Of a stretch of 64,000 nt of DNA, positions 44,150-57,864 are shown in pieces. Source of the stretch: the human T2T-CHM13v2.0 reference genome, Homo sapiens; the NCBI RefSeq assembly GCF_009914755.1, contig NC_060926.1; one strand, 5' to 3'. A model generated the notes under the pieces. The model searched no databases. It saw only the letters and a program-made list of their open reading frames with translations, and was not told the origin of the DNA. A program made the translations under genes and the position numbers. Position 1 is the stretch's first letter; each line of letters begins with the position of its first letter.

Positions 44150-45637
44150 GGTGGGATGGGGGGATTCTCATGATGAAAAGTTTAAGCCAAACATTTAAGA
44201 AGAATGAGGCAATGGGTAGAAAATTCAGAGACCACCTCAGCAGACACATGCCACTGGTAAATACACATTTTAAAATGGATAAAGTCAAGGCCTGGGGCTT
44301 ACTTAGACTATACTAAGTTCCAATTTTAAGTTATTTAAAATCCTTGAGCCTCGTTGACCTCTGTAAGGTTGTGAGGCCAAAATTAAATGAGATAAATTTA
44401 TATAGCAAGCTTAGCACAGTACCAAAAACATAATAAGCACTAAAACTAGAACTAAAACCTAAAATTACCACTTTGTTCCTATCCCTTGAATCCCTTTCTC
44501 CCAATTAACCTAAATAAATGATAAAACGTTAAAAACCATTCTCCTTAATTATCATTTAAATTTTAAAATTATATGCCTTTCCACAGAACCCTAAAGTAGC
44601 TACCTTATTTGTTGAATTCATTTAAAATTCTTGATCTTTCTTTCAATATCACTGATATCCACTTAAGTGAATTCTTATGATTCCATGTTACTACCAACTT
44701 ATGTTTCCCCTAGACTGGCCTGCCATCAACTACTCTCATTGTATTTGCTTCATTATGAGCTATATGTAAGTCAGAGTACCTGTGAGGAAGGCCCTCTTGA
44801 CTTTCATTTAAATTGGATAATTAAAATTTTACCTCTCTAGAAGCCCTTCTACAGAAGGCCAAGTGCATGAGAGCAATCTGCCCTCCGCATCACTCAAATG
44901 TTTTCCTTTTCCTTTTCAAATCATATCTTCAATACCCTTAAAATAAATCAACAAATGTCTACTGGGTGCCTACTACATGCCAGGGGATCACATAAACATT
45001 CTGTGTGGAACATAAGGAAACATAAAACACAAGACTGGCATCAGATCTCAAAAAGTTTGTAATCGTAGATGTTTATTAAATGTTAATTTGTGAGGGGCTG
45101 AAATTCCTGAGGACACAGCTGTTAAGTTTCTTCTGGGCTACAAATAAATAAGATCATCGTGAATCCTGATGCTTTATGTAGGAAATAGGGGACCAGAAGA
45201 GAAAGACATGCCAGAATCACCTGAGAAGTTTCTTCAAACTACACTTAACCAATCCTACCACCCACCTATAGTTTCAGAATGGGGTGCAAGAGGGAGAATG
45301 ATACAGACACCAGAGCATGCAAGAGCTCCCAGGTGAGTCTCATCATTTCAATGCTCACACATTTAAAATCACTGGCCTCCTTTCTTAAATTACTTAAACA
45401 TGACATATTATTTTCATTTACAAACCTATTAGAATAGAGGTGAGATATACTTAACTGCTTAAATTCAAACCTAAGGAGTTGAATTTGAACAATCCAATAG
45501 TGATAAGTGCATTTTCACAACTCAGTCACTGCTAGGAAGCCAGGCACAGTCCAATAAATTAAATGCATTTGCCATTTTCACCAGGATCTGTTGCTGTAAA
45601 ATAAAAACCATTTCCTGATAGACAAAACCAAAATTAC

Positions 45638-45728
45638 CTGTAGCATTACGACTACTGTTTTCACCACATTCCACTGTGATTTTCTGCCATCCACAATCAC
45701 GGTAAATCCTCTAGCCTTACACTTCTCA
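45638..45728 (-). CDS. SESTD1: SESTD1 coding exon 3 ([31 protein letters not shown])
   Basis: ttttgtttcag|TGAG...CAG|GTAATT; 91 nt; phase 2 to 0; GFTVIVDGR is a CRAL-TRIO-type motif. Confidence 0.95.
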
Positions 45729-46899
45729 CTGAAACAAAATAAAATTACAAAGCATTAAAACAAGCTCCAGATTTCGTTCTTCATAATTCTAAATAAAGAA
45801 GGTTTAAAACTTAATCGCATATGGAGTAGAATTAATCTCACTTGGTTTAGTTTACATTGTCAATAAATAAAATTCTTGAGAGTATCCTTTCATTTTCTCA
45901 AGCAATTTATTTTTCTCATTTTAGGAAATGTTCACAATTTACAAACTAATGTGGCAAGAAAATTATTCTAAAAGCATAAAAGTCAATGTCTTAAAAAGTA
46001 AAGACATCAAAGCAACATTCAAACAGTCCTACTAGTCTCTCAATTTCTTCGTCTGTAAAATGGGATCACAGTGAAGTAAGTTACTAATTGCCAAATGTGT
46101 TATATATTTCTTGTCTCACCTTCCTGCCAGAAGTATAAGATTTGTGAAGTCATAGTTCAAAACAGATAGAAAATAAAGTAAGTTATTAATAAACCACAAT
46201 AATGGGCTTCTTAGCGTTCCTTTGGAGAAATTTAATGAGATGAGGTAGAACTTGCTGATTCAAAAGCTTGGACAGACCATGTCTAACCCACTTATGCTCT
46301 CACTTTTGCATTCTCAGTCACAGGACCAGCAAAATATTATCTTCAGTGTTGGATTCCTGTATTACATTGAGTGATTTAACTATTAACTAAACACTTCCCA
46401 GAAGTCTAACCTAGTAAAACGCAACAACTTCTGGAGGGAAAAACTCCATTCTAAAGGCCAAAACTACATACCTATCATTATCATTGTTATTATTATTGTG
46501 TTTACTTATCAACTTAATGTAAGGATCTCAATTGCTCTCCTTCCAATACAGTAAATGGAACTACAGCTTTGCTTATCAGAGCAAGATTTTGGTAGTGAAA
46601 CCTGTCCCCATCCAAACTGTTCCCAGTTACATACATTATAGGGAAAAATAAACAGACCTTTTCCTGGGATTTAAATCCACCAACAGTTCAGGGGACTTTA
46701 CTAGTCCTCCTCTTCTCCCTCCAAGCATGCACGCTAGTTCCAAGAAGGCTCTTGGAGAAGTCATGCCCTGTTCTACCAAGAAACACTAAGACCACAAGAA
46801 ATGAGGATGATATTGCTAAAAGTTTAGAGTGGGAGGGAACAGCCAAGCACTGAAGCTGAGCTTCCAAAGTAAACAAAAGAGTATTCAAGAGGTAAGGCA

Positions 46900-47408
46900 A
46901 ACTGATGCATATGTTCACACAAAAACCTGCATGTAAATATTCACAGCAGAATAATTCATAATAGCTGAAGAGTAGAAACAATCCAAATGTCCACCAACTA
47001 ATGAAGAGGAAAACAAAACACAGTATAACCAAACAATGAGACATTATTCAGCCATAAAAAAAGAATGAAGTACTGACAGTTGCTAAAACATGGCTAAACC
47101 TTGAAAACATTATGCTAAGTAAAACACGCCAGACACAAAAGGACACACACTGAATGATTCCATTTATATGAAATGTCCAGAATAGGCAAATCTAGAGACA
47201 GAAAGCAGATTAGTGGTTGACAAGGGTTAGGAGGGAAGAATGGAGAGTGAGTGCCAATGGGAACACAGTTTATTTTGGGCTGATAAAAATGTTCTGAAAT
47301 TAGATAGCATAATGGATGCACAACCTGTGAATATACTAAAAATCACCGAATTGTCTACTTTAAAAAGATGATTTTTGTGACATGTGAATTATATCTCAAT
47401 AAAACAAA
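46900..47408 (+). mobile_element. L1MB-like 3' end
   Basis: atgttcacacaaaaacctg...ttccatttatatgaaatgtccagaataggcaaatc...ttatatctcaataaa. Confidence 0.85.
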
Positions 47409-47538
47409 AGTACTCTATTTTTGGATGTGCATCACAAGATAAAGGATCCACTAAATATTCCTTGGGAAAAACTAAAGGTAAGGCCAATACAGTGATCACT
47501 TGTGGGTTAGCAAAAGAAAATAAAAGACTTGCAGAGGG

Positions 47539-47671
47539 GGCTAGGCGTGGTGCCTCATGTCTCTAATCCCAGCACTTTGGGAGACTAGAGCAAGAGGATG
47601 GCTTGAGCCAAGGAGTTTGAGGCCAGCATGGGAGACCAGCAAGACTCCATCTCTATTTAAAAAAAAATAAA
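47539..47671 (+). mobile_element. FLAM_C-like Alu monomer
   Basis: Left-arm-only Alu with an A tail. Confidence 0.82.
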
Positions 47672-48689
47672 AGACTTGGGGAGAGAAACAAACCTGACAC
47701 ACAATGACTATCTGTGGGCTCAAGTAATGAGGGGACTCCTGGAGTTCTCCACCAACAAAACATCTAAGAAGACCACCATGACATAGGAGAGGATACAAGC
47801 CCAAGAGTGATCAGCTAGGCAGGGTAGCTGGCTGTTGAGCGGTCTGGAGTAGTGGCAACAATGCAGGGATTCTACCAATGCCTTTTTCAGGAAGGAGAGC
47901 TAAGACACAGCAGTCCAGGAGAGGGCCTTCCCACCAACAGAAATGTGCCATGTGCCATTCTCATAATGTGATACTTTCTCAACACTGGCATCTGTATCCC
48001 TGAGATGCAGGTTACACAACCGTTTTGTTAAATACATTTTATACAAGCAATACATTTATATTTCAAAGCACACTATAAATTAATCTGTACATTAAGACTA
48101 AGAAAGTAATGAAGCTTGCAAATACCATCTGTAGTGATCTTAAAGGAATAAAATACTCTAAATTTATCTTTCAGAGTACTTAGAAACACGCTTAACTCTG
48201 TCACATTCTCACATTTTACTAAGATGGATAATGAAAATACACAGAATCCAAAGATAACTATTTCAAAATTGCCAGACCAAGTGGTCTTTCAGGTACTTGA
48301 AAGGAAATAGTTTTGTTTTTTGCTTCATCCCTGTAAGTGGAATGATGGCTTAAACTGCTTTTAACAACATATTTAATTTAGAAGCATGTTATACCCTTTA
48401 TAAAGGGCCTGTTGTAGGACCTGAAGTGTCATTAATAACAAATTCCTATAGCCACTGTTAGCATGTTTATAACTATACTTTAAGAACAGTAATAGAAAAA
48501 AAAATCTAAGACCCAGCCTCCTAGTTCCTAGTCCAGTTGAGCCTTTCAAGGGTGACATAGCTGAGTTAAAACAGCTATGTAAACGTGAAACTGTCTAAAC
48601 AGTCCACTCACTTTTGACACAGAAGACAATGTTAGTGGATTTCCTGGGGCCAACATCCTGCAGATCTTCACTCATTTCTTTGATTACAA

Positions 48690-49300
48690 CTAAAGGCTCC
48701 TTCTCTTCCACTCATACAGCTCTGCTGGTACTTACATAATGGCACTAATTTCACTTATGCTTTTATTATAATTACTTGTTTACAATTCATCTTCATTAGA
48801 TAATATGCTTCCAGAAAGCAAGAATGTTATCTTACAAATGTCCTGGCAGCTTCTAGCACCATGCTTTAAATATGGAGTGCCTTTAATAATGTTAGATGAC
48901 ACACATCACATCACTCCTCAGACACGACAATAGCTTTCCATCTCATTCAGAATGGAAGCCATTGCCTACATGGTCTTCCATGACCTGACTCCTGACTCTC
49001 TTCTGATCCCCCTCCCAGCACTGTGCTCCTCTCTCAAACTGTTCCAGCCACACTAGCCTCCTTGATGTTCCCAGAACATGTTAAACCTGCTCCTGCCTCA
49101 GGGCCTTTGCACTTCCTGCTCACTCTGTCTTCAATGCTCGTTGATCAGATTCTGTAGGGTCTGCCTCTCCTTTCAATCATCTCTGGTAAAATATCTTCTT
49201 ATTTTGTAAAGTATCACCACTCTATCACTCTGACTCTTTTCATGCTTTGTTTTCATAGCACTCATGAATATCCAAAATACTGTACACTTAGTATCTGAAA
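48690..49300 (+). mobile_element. L2 fragments
   Basis: ccagccacactagcctccttg..gttcc...cctgcctcagggcctttgcactt. Confidence 0.7.
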
Positions 49301-51499
49301 CACAAAACAAACTTAGGGCCAACCTGTGTAGAAAAGAGTCAAGAAATGCTTCCATTCTCAACTGTGCTAGGTTACCCACTTAAAATAGCTATGTATCACA
49401 CTTTGTCCCTGTGTTCATTAAAAATAAGCACAAAGTATAAGAAATTGAGTAATTTCTTTTTATTTTTGCAAGAATTTTGAAAAGCTATTATTATATTCAA
49501 AACGTTAAGATAGTCATTGCATGAAAAAAACAATTTTGGACATCTCCTATTAGGAAGAGGCTACCTTAGCTAGCTACACTGCTGGAGATGTTGGCAGATG
49601 TTCACAGCTGGAAGGAGTTAAACATTAACAGCTGGAAGCTGGGAGACAAAAGCAGGTCACAAAAGAATGTAGATATACCAGAAATGAAAAAACCTTTCTA
49701 GACACATGCTGGGCCTGATCTGCTAGGGTAAACTTAAAAACATTCCTAAGGACAAAAAGAGGGGTGAAACATGGGAGATAACGTGATAAAAACAAAGTAC
49801 ACTATTAGTTTTAGATTTTCTAAGTGGTGGACATATGGGTGTCACCGTATAATTCCTTCAACTTTCCTGCATATATGAACATTTTAATAAAATGTTGGGG
49901 GGTTACGTTTTAAAAGCACTCCTGAGTGGTGGAAATTCTGAATGAAAAACATTGGTTTTAAGATCACACATCTAGTTAACTGCTCTCTAGCATCGCAATG
50001 GAGAGATCAAAAACACCTTAGCTCTCTAAGGAAATGGCAAGTACGGATAAAAAGCTGACAGCCATGTTTGTTAATCCCAAAATTATGGGAGGCTGATCCA
50101 AGAAAGCAGAAGGATAGAGTTTTCATGAATATTTGAGAAGGCCAAACTTTAGCAAAACAATCATAAGAAATAAAGTATCCAGGTATCTATTTTGCCTTGC
50201 TAGAATGAGTTCTTTCATCTTGCTTCAACTTACACCTTCTCTGCTAGTTGGCAGGTACGTGTAGATATGCAGAAACTGATTCATCATTTACACTGGAGGA
50301 ACATCATATGCACATTTACATGAGAAAGAGAAAGAAAAAATTTAAATAGTATAGGCTATTTTGCCTTCCACTGTACTTCCTGCTTATCCACGCCAGAGTG
50401 AACATGAGCCCAGAGATGTGAATGAATCTGCTGGTCCTTTAGCCTCCCTCAGTTACCCAGTGCCTCGGACAGGTGAGCATCCTGTTGAACTGAATGTGAT
50501 TCCAGTATACACAAACATGCATTTTCTTAAAACAAACCTAATCACAAGCCAACTATGTCTTCTGGAATTCAGTGTGAATAACTTGCTCCAATGCTGAAGG
50601 AAAACCTAACATGTTCATGGAAAGATAATACAGTCTCTGATCCACCCTCAGGCATTTTTCAAGAGTAACTTTGACAATTAGGAGTTTTTGCTTTTCATTT
50701 GAACCTCAGAATTGGACTTCACATGAGATGCAACTACACTGAATTCTACTCATCTGAAGTACAAAAAGGCTCTAAATTGGTGTCAGGAATCATGGACTCT
50801 CATCCCAGCTGTGCGACTCACTAGGTGTGAGATCTTGGGCAAGTAACCATAACCTCAGAGTTTCAATTTCCTCAACTACAAAATAAGGCACTTGGCTCAG
50901 ATGGCACTTGACATATTTAACCTTCTATGAATCCATCTATGAATATTTTTTTCATAATTTGTAAGCTATAAGTCTGGCTAACCATGGTTACCTAAAAAGC
51001 AGTTTGTTATCTAATGATGAACAAGTTAGCAATCCACAGCTTGGGGGATTAGCAAGATTACTGCTAATGCAATTAGCTAATGCTAATACTAATGCACTGA
51101 CTACAGGTTCTCATCATTTTCACCCCCAGAAACTGAAAAAATTGAAAATTTTCACATGAAGACCGCTGTTTCCACAATATTAAAAAAAAAAAAAAACAGC
51201 AACAGAATCATTAAATTATAGAACACTATTGGATGCAGGTGCGATTAAAATCAGTTGTTTTAACCCCATACTCTGCAAGGTGGTTTAAATGGAAAAAAGC
51301 TATTGTGTCAATAAAATGCAAATACAGGAAAAACATACAAAGAATTGTTTACTCTGATGAAAATGTTTAAAATTCACTAGCTAGAACTTAAGAGCAGTAT
51401 ATGAGATAGTCGTGTTCCTTTTTCTACCTCTACATTGTACACACACAAACACACACACACACACACAGAAACCTGCCCTCATTTACATGCTTAATTGTA

Positions 51500-51672
51500 G
51501 TGGTTTACAAATCTGGTTGCACATTAGAAATACACAGGAAGCTTAAAAGACTTTTTAAAAATTCTGATAAGCAGGCTTCCCAAGAACAATTGGATCAGAA
51601 TCTCTGGAAGTGAACCCTCCATCATTAGAATTTTGAAAAAAATCTCCAGATGACTAATACGCAGTCACAGTT
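51500..51672. mobile_element. MER5A-like (a second similar copy at about 45205-45375)
   Basis: tggttgcacattagaa..cac.ggaagctt..aaa...atcagaatctctgg. Confidence 0.65.
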
Positions 51673-52268
51673 GTGCCTCAGTCCCAATTATGGGAGAAGC
51701 AGACGGGGAGGAAGCTTTATTTTTTTTTGTTGAAGTCATGGGTAGACTAGGACAAATAAAGAGGGTTAAGTTGGGTCTTCACTGAAGAAATGTGAAAATT
51801 AAAGTTAAAGGCCCTTTAGATTAAAATATAAACAAACATTTTTGACATTTTTTAAAATAAAAATATTTATAAACTCCTAATAGACTTCACTCACTTAATA
51901 CATTAAAACCTGCAGACGTATTTATATCAATATGGTGAAATAGCTTACCTAAATAAAAGATGTTTTCTACTGATTAAATTCTCCAATTTTCCTAAAGTTA
52001 CATGATATAGATGCTTAGTTACTGGGTTCCTTAAAAGTCGACAATACATACATTTTGGAAATCTGTATATCCTTAAATTCATCAAGAGCATAAAATAAGC
52101 ATTTTATCTGCAATGATGTTATAAGTCATTGATTTTAGTATCTATAATTATAATTTCACTGCGAATAAAAGCAGATAAGATAGCAAAGTATAATTCAACA
52201 ATAGAAACAATCATTAGTAACTGAATGAAAACATACTGAGATTTAAGAAAAGACACCTTTAGAGTCAC

Positions 52269-52377
52269 CTTGGAATGCTGAGTAGGTAGTCTAAGGTGAC
52301 ACTCAGCTCATCCATATTTGTCTGTTCGAGGCATAATGGAATTGTCAAAATGAGGCCACTCCGTCTGTCCTTTCCTC
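52269..52377 (-). CDS. SESTD1: SESTD1 coding exon 2 ([37 protein letters not shown])
   Basis: tcttttttaatag|GAGG...CCAAG|GTGACT; 109 nt; phase 1 to 2. Confidence 0.95.
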
Positions 52378-52879
52378 CTATTAAAAAAGAGATTTAAATT
52401 TAACATGTAATACATATTAAGGCATAATCTGAATAATATACATTTGAATCCAATCTTACTAAAATAATGATAAGTTTAAGATATAATTTGGAAAATATCT
52501 AATGGCTACTTATAGATTGTAAATTTTTATGACAGTATAGAAGAATTACAGAAAATTTAGAAAAAAGGAAAAAAATTCACCCATGAAATCTTCACCCAAA
52601 CATAGCAAATATCACTTTATTTAAATTTCTTCCATTTACTGTGCTTAATGTAATCAATTCATCAAACACCTCTCACGTGCCCAGCACAGTAAGTATTTGC
52701 AAGTAAAATAAAATAAATTTCCAATCAACCTAGGAAGAAAATATTTAGGAGATAAGAAATATGATAGTTTGTTATGTTCTATAAGATATATAAAATTATA
52801 AAAAGGGATTTAGAAAATGATTAAGAGCTGCAGTAAATGTGAAAAGTTTCACTGAAAAGTTAAGACTTGAGAAAAACAG

Positions 52880-53120
52880 AGCTGGGGGTATTGGCTTGTC
52901 TGTAGTCTCATATCCCAGCTACTCAGGAGGCTGAGGGCGAGAGTATCACTTGAATCCAGGAGTCCAGTACTGGCCGGGGCAACATAGCAAGATTGCATGG
53001 AAAGAAAGAAAAGAAAAGAAAGGAGAGAGAGAGAGAGAGAGAGAGGAAGAGAGACAGAGAGGAAGGAAGGAAGGGAGGAAACGAGGAAGGGAGGTAGGGA
53101 GGGAGGGAGGGAAAGGAAAA
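52880..53120 (+). mobile_element. FLAM_A-like monomer with a GA-rich microsatellite tail
   Basis: tcccagctactcaggaggctgag...ggcaacatagcaaga followed by a (GA)n/(GGAA)n tract. Confidence 0.75.
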
Positions 53121-54499
53121 CGGGTAGAATTTGTAAACCAAGTCAAAAGAGTATTCTGTGATGAGGAATGATCTGAGTTAACTCACAAAGGTCAGACAGG
53201 CATACACTGTTCATAAGACAATAAAGATAAAACCCTGCCCAGCTGAGAAGGGTACATGGGAACTGGATATTGAAGTCTGAAATCCCGGTAGTAGAATACA
53301 GTTACATTCCATGTACCTTCAAGTCCCTTTCAGTGTGCCAAAAGTATAATGTAACTTTTAAATACTTTTATGCCCACATCATGTCTTTGGAAGTTTCCTA
53401 CATGTTTGAATTTCATACTGAAGCCCATCTTCTGACCAAACTGACATTTGAGGTAATTTGAGAGGCTTAAAAAGCAGCAAATACTGAAAGAAACAATTCC
53501 ACATGATCGCTAGACATCTATCACTAAAAACTGAAAGGTGTGAAGAAAAAGACTCATATTAGTGACACAAATGCAATTCATAACATATGAACCATAAATG
53601 AACCTCTGTCCTCCATTAGGTCAACGATTACTGCCATCCAACCACTTTGTTTAATGTCAACAAATTATCATCTAAGGTGATTCAACTTAGTAATCAATCA
53701 ATACGACTTCAATTGCCTATTTTTTGTTCAGAATATGTGTCATTTCTCAAAAAAAAAAAATGGATTAACACAAGTGGTTTTCAAACTGCATCCCCTGAAT
53801 GACTCTGTTGGTTTGAAAAAATTTTCTCTATTACTAAAAAAGTTTGAAAATTACTGGCTTAAATCATCAATGGTCAAGAGAGGGCGTTAATAGGAACAGG
53901 CTAAGAAGTCTTTCATTTACTCCTCAAAATTGCTAAGCTTTATCCACCCATTAAGCCAAGCCCCAAAAAAGGCTCACACCTGGACTATGGCACTCTGACT
54001 CACTGTAGAATTGTCTTTAGAAGATAAATTTAACATTCAGGGCTATAAATTAAATCCATTCCCTCAGCTTTCATTCAGGGACAATAAAATAATCACCAGT
54101 GTAAAAGTACCAGAGGGGTGAAAGCCAACAGGAAAAAGACTTTCAAGATAGTTATGGTCAAAAGCATCAAATGCTACACAGAGACAAGCATCACAAGATG
54201 CAAAAATGTCATGGTAAAGATTATAAGAGAATAATAGTGTCTACTATTGAAAAGAGTGTGAGAACACAGGCATTTTCACACACCATTGGAAAAAATAGAA
54301 ATTGAAACAATCTTCTTGGAGGGCAATCTGACAAAACCTAACACAAATATAAATGCATATTATCCTTATACCACTTCTACTCATAAAAATGCATACTGCT
54401 GAACTTGTACAAAATAGACAAAGCTTTCCAGGTATAGAAGAGAAAAAACTGCACAAAGCTACGAATAAGAATATTTACAAAATCATCATTCATATCAGA

Positions 54500-55305
54500 G
54501 TATAATATATAATATAGCATATATTAATATTATACATTGTATTAATATAGTATTATAAATTCAATATATATTACATATTGTATATATAGTATATGTAATG
54601 TATATAATATAGTATATTCTATATTGTATAATAGTAATATATAGTATATGATATACTATATATTACTTATCATATATACAATATATATTATATCGTATAT
54701 TGTATATTATATATTGTATATATGTAATATATGATATGTACATATGTTATATATGTATATAATATACTATATTATATATTGTATATTATATACATATATA
54801 ACACTATTATACAATATATAATATAGCATATTATATACAATATAGTATATACAATATATAATATAGCATATTATATATAATATAGTATATTATATACAAT
54901 ATATAATATAGTATATTATATACAATATATAATATAGCATATTATATATAATATAATATAGTATATTATATACAATATATAATATAGCATATACAATATG
55001 GTATACAATATATAATATAGCATATACAATATAGTATATTATATATAATATATAATATAGCATGTACAATATAGTATGTTATATACAATATATAATATAG
55101 CATATACAATATAGTATATTATATACAATATATAATATAGCATATACAATATAGTATATTATATACAATATATAATATAGCATATACAATATAGTATATT
55201 ATATACAATATATAATACAGCATATACAATATAGTATATTACATACAGTATATAATATAGCATATACAATATAGTATATTATATACAATATATAATATAA
55301 TACAT
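54500..55305. repeat. AT-rich minisatellite/VNTR; the right part has a 40-bp period
   Basis: Unit ATATACAATATATAATATAGCATATACAATATAGTATATT repeated about 7 times over 55001-55280; more degenerate to the left. Confidence 0.93.
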
Positions 55306-55900
55306 ACTAGGAAAACATGTCAATTATACAGAGACATAACATACTTTGAAAAAAGGACATTAGTATTATCAAGGCAATTAGGACAGGACATAAAAAAGAA
55401 TAATAGAGAAAGCAAGATAATGCAGTCCAAATAACTCTGAGTTGGCAGAGCTACAGTATCTATACTAAATCATGTAGAGATTTACTCAACGATCTAAACT
55501 CCAGAAGATCACTACACCCAATGTACCATACATACATGCTCCCACTCATAGCTTCCCCTTGACTCATCTTAGCTGATACACACTTCAAGTTGATAACTGA
55601 AGATAAATTCAAGTGTATATAAACAGTTTTGAACAGCAAAGAGTGAAAACAGAATAATGGATATTAACTCCTCCAGTGTACTGAAACTTTCTCAGAGGAA
55701 GATGGAAGAAAAAAGCTAGAAGACAGTTATCATAAAAACTAATTATTCTGTATTTCAGAAACAATTATTTGGATGCCAGTTAGTCAATTATTATTACATT
55801 TTCATATCAGAAGTGAGACATCATGACATCTACCTTGTAGAGGTCATTTTAATGAAATTACAGAACAGGATAAGTATCAGAAGACTGTATTTTCAGGGAA

Positions 55901-56009
55901 TTTTTTTTTTTTTTTTTTTGAGACGGAGTCTTGCTCTGTCGCCCAGGCTGGAGTGCAGTGGCGCGATCTTGGCTCACTGCAAGCTCTGCCTCCCAGGTTC
56001 ATGCCATTC
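55901..56009 (-). mobile_element. Severely 5'-truncated AluY
   Basis: T19 + gagacggagtc...gcaagctc...catgccattc; flanks aggga(a/t)t. Confidence 0.88.
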
Positions 56010-56556
56010 AGGGATTATTTTTACAGTTCATTCCTAGAGAGCTTTCTCCAAATGTGTAGAGCATCAAAAATCTTAAAGGAGGCTAGAGAAGAGTCAGATC
56101 ACACACAATGGGAACCCTGTCAGGCTAACAGTGGACTTCTCAGGAGAAACATTATAAGCCAAAAGAGACTGGAGGCTTATTTTCAGCATTCTTAAAGAAA
56201 AAGATTTCCAACCAAGAATTTCACATCCCACCAAACTAAGCTTTATAAGTGAAGGAGAAATAAAATCTTTTCCATACAAGTAATTCCAAAGGGAATTCAT
56301 TACCACTAGACCAAAGAGATCCTTAAGGGAGTTCTAAATATGGTAACAAAAGAACACCTGCTACTACAAAAACACATTTAATTACATAGCCCACAGACCC
56401 TATAAAGCAACTACGCAATTGAGACTACAAAGCAACCAGGTAACAACTTCAAAATAGGATTATAACCTCACATATCAATATTAGCCTTGAATGTAAAAGG
56501 TCTAACACCCCACTTAAAAGACACCAAATGGCAAGATGGATCCAAAAAAAAGATTT

Positions 56557-56888
<332 letters not shown>

Positions 56889-57620
56889 TCAAGAGACCCA
56901 TCTCACATGTAATGACAATGACAGGTTCAAAGAAAAGGGTTGGGGAAAGACCTATTACACATATACAAAACAAAAAAAGAGCAGGGATCACTATTCTCAT
57001 ATCAGAAAAAACAGACTTTAAACCAACAATAATAAAATAGGACAAAGAAGAGCATTACATAATAATAAAGGGTTCAATTCAACATGAATACTTAATCATT
57101 CTAAATATATACACATGCACCCAACATTGAAGTACCCAGATTCATAAAAAAAGTAATTCTGGACCTACAAGATGAATTAGACAGCCACACAATAATAGCA
57201 GGGGATTTCAACACTCCACCGATAGAGTCAGACAGATCATCGGGGAGAAAACAAACATATTCTGAACTTAAATTTGACACTTGACCAACTGGACCTAATA
57301 GACATCTACAGAACAGTCTACCCATCAACCACAGAATATACATTCTTCTCATCTGCATATGAAACATACTCTAAGACCAACCACAGGCTCAGCCATAATG
57401 CAAGTCTTGATAAATAAAAAAAACTTGAAATCATACCAACCATACTCTCAGATCACAGTGTAACAGAAATAGAAATCAATACCAAGAAGATCTCTCAAAA
57501 CTACACAATTACATGAAAATTAAACAGCTTGCATTTGAATGAATGTTGTGTAAACAAAATTAAGGCAGAAATCAAAAAATTGTTTTGAGATAAATGAAAA
57601 CAGTGATACAACGTATCAAA

Positions 57621-57864
57621 GTGAGCGAGTCACTTGAGCTCATGAATTTGAGATCAGCCTGTGCAACACAGCAAAACCCCATCTTTACAAAAAATACAAA
57701 AATTGGCTGGGTATGGTGGTACACACCTGTAGTCTCAGCTAATTGTCAGGGCTGAGGCTGGAGGATCGCTTAAGCTCAGGAGGTCAAAGCTGCAGCCAGC
57801 CTTGTTTGTACTACTGATCTCCACCCTAGACTGAGTGACAAAGTGAGATCCTGTCTCAAAAAAA
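57621..57864 (+). mobile_element. 5'-truncated AluJ nested in the L1, no TSD visible
   Basis: tcacttgagctc...gagatcctgtctcaaaaaaa. Confidence 0.88.

Noticed and set aside
51048-51095. Cluster of (g)ctaat/attag motifs
   Set aside because: Short and low-complexity; the branch-point/QKI-like motifs are on the strand opposite the pre-mRNA.
52372-52380. NAGNAG acceptor (TAG GAG) at coding exon 2
   Set aside because: Distal GAG acceptors are rarely used, and the effect would be the loss of one Gly.
54500-55305. Regular 40-bp periodicity resembling a CRISPR array
   Set aside because: The units are head-to-tail with no unique spacers, and the context is eukaryotic; it is a VNTR.
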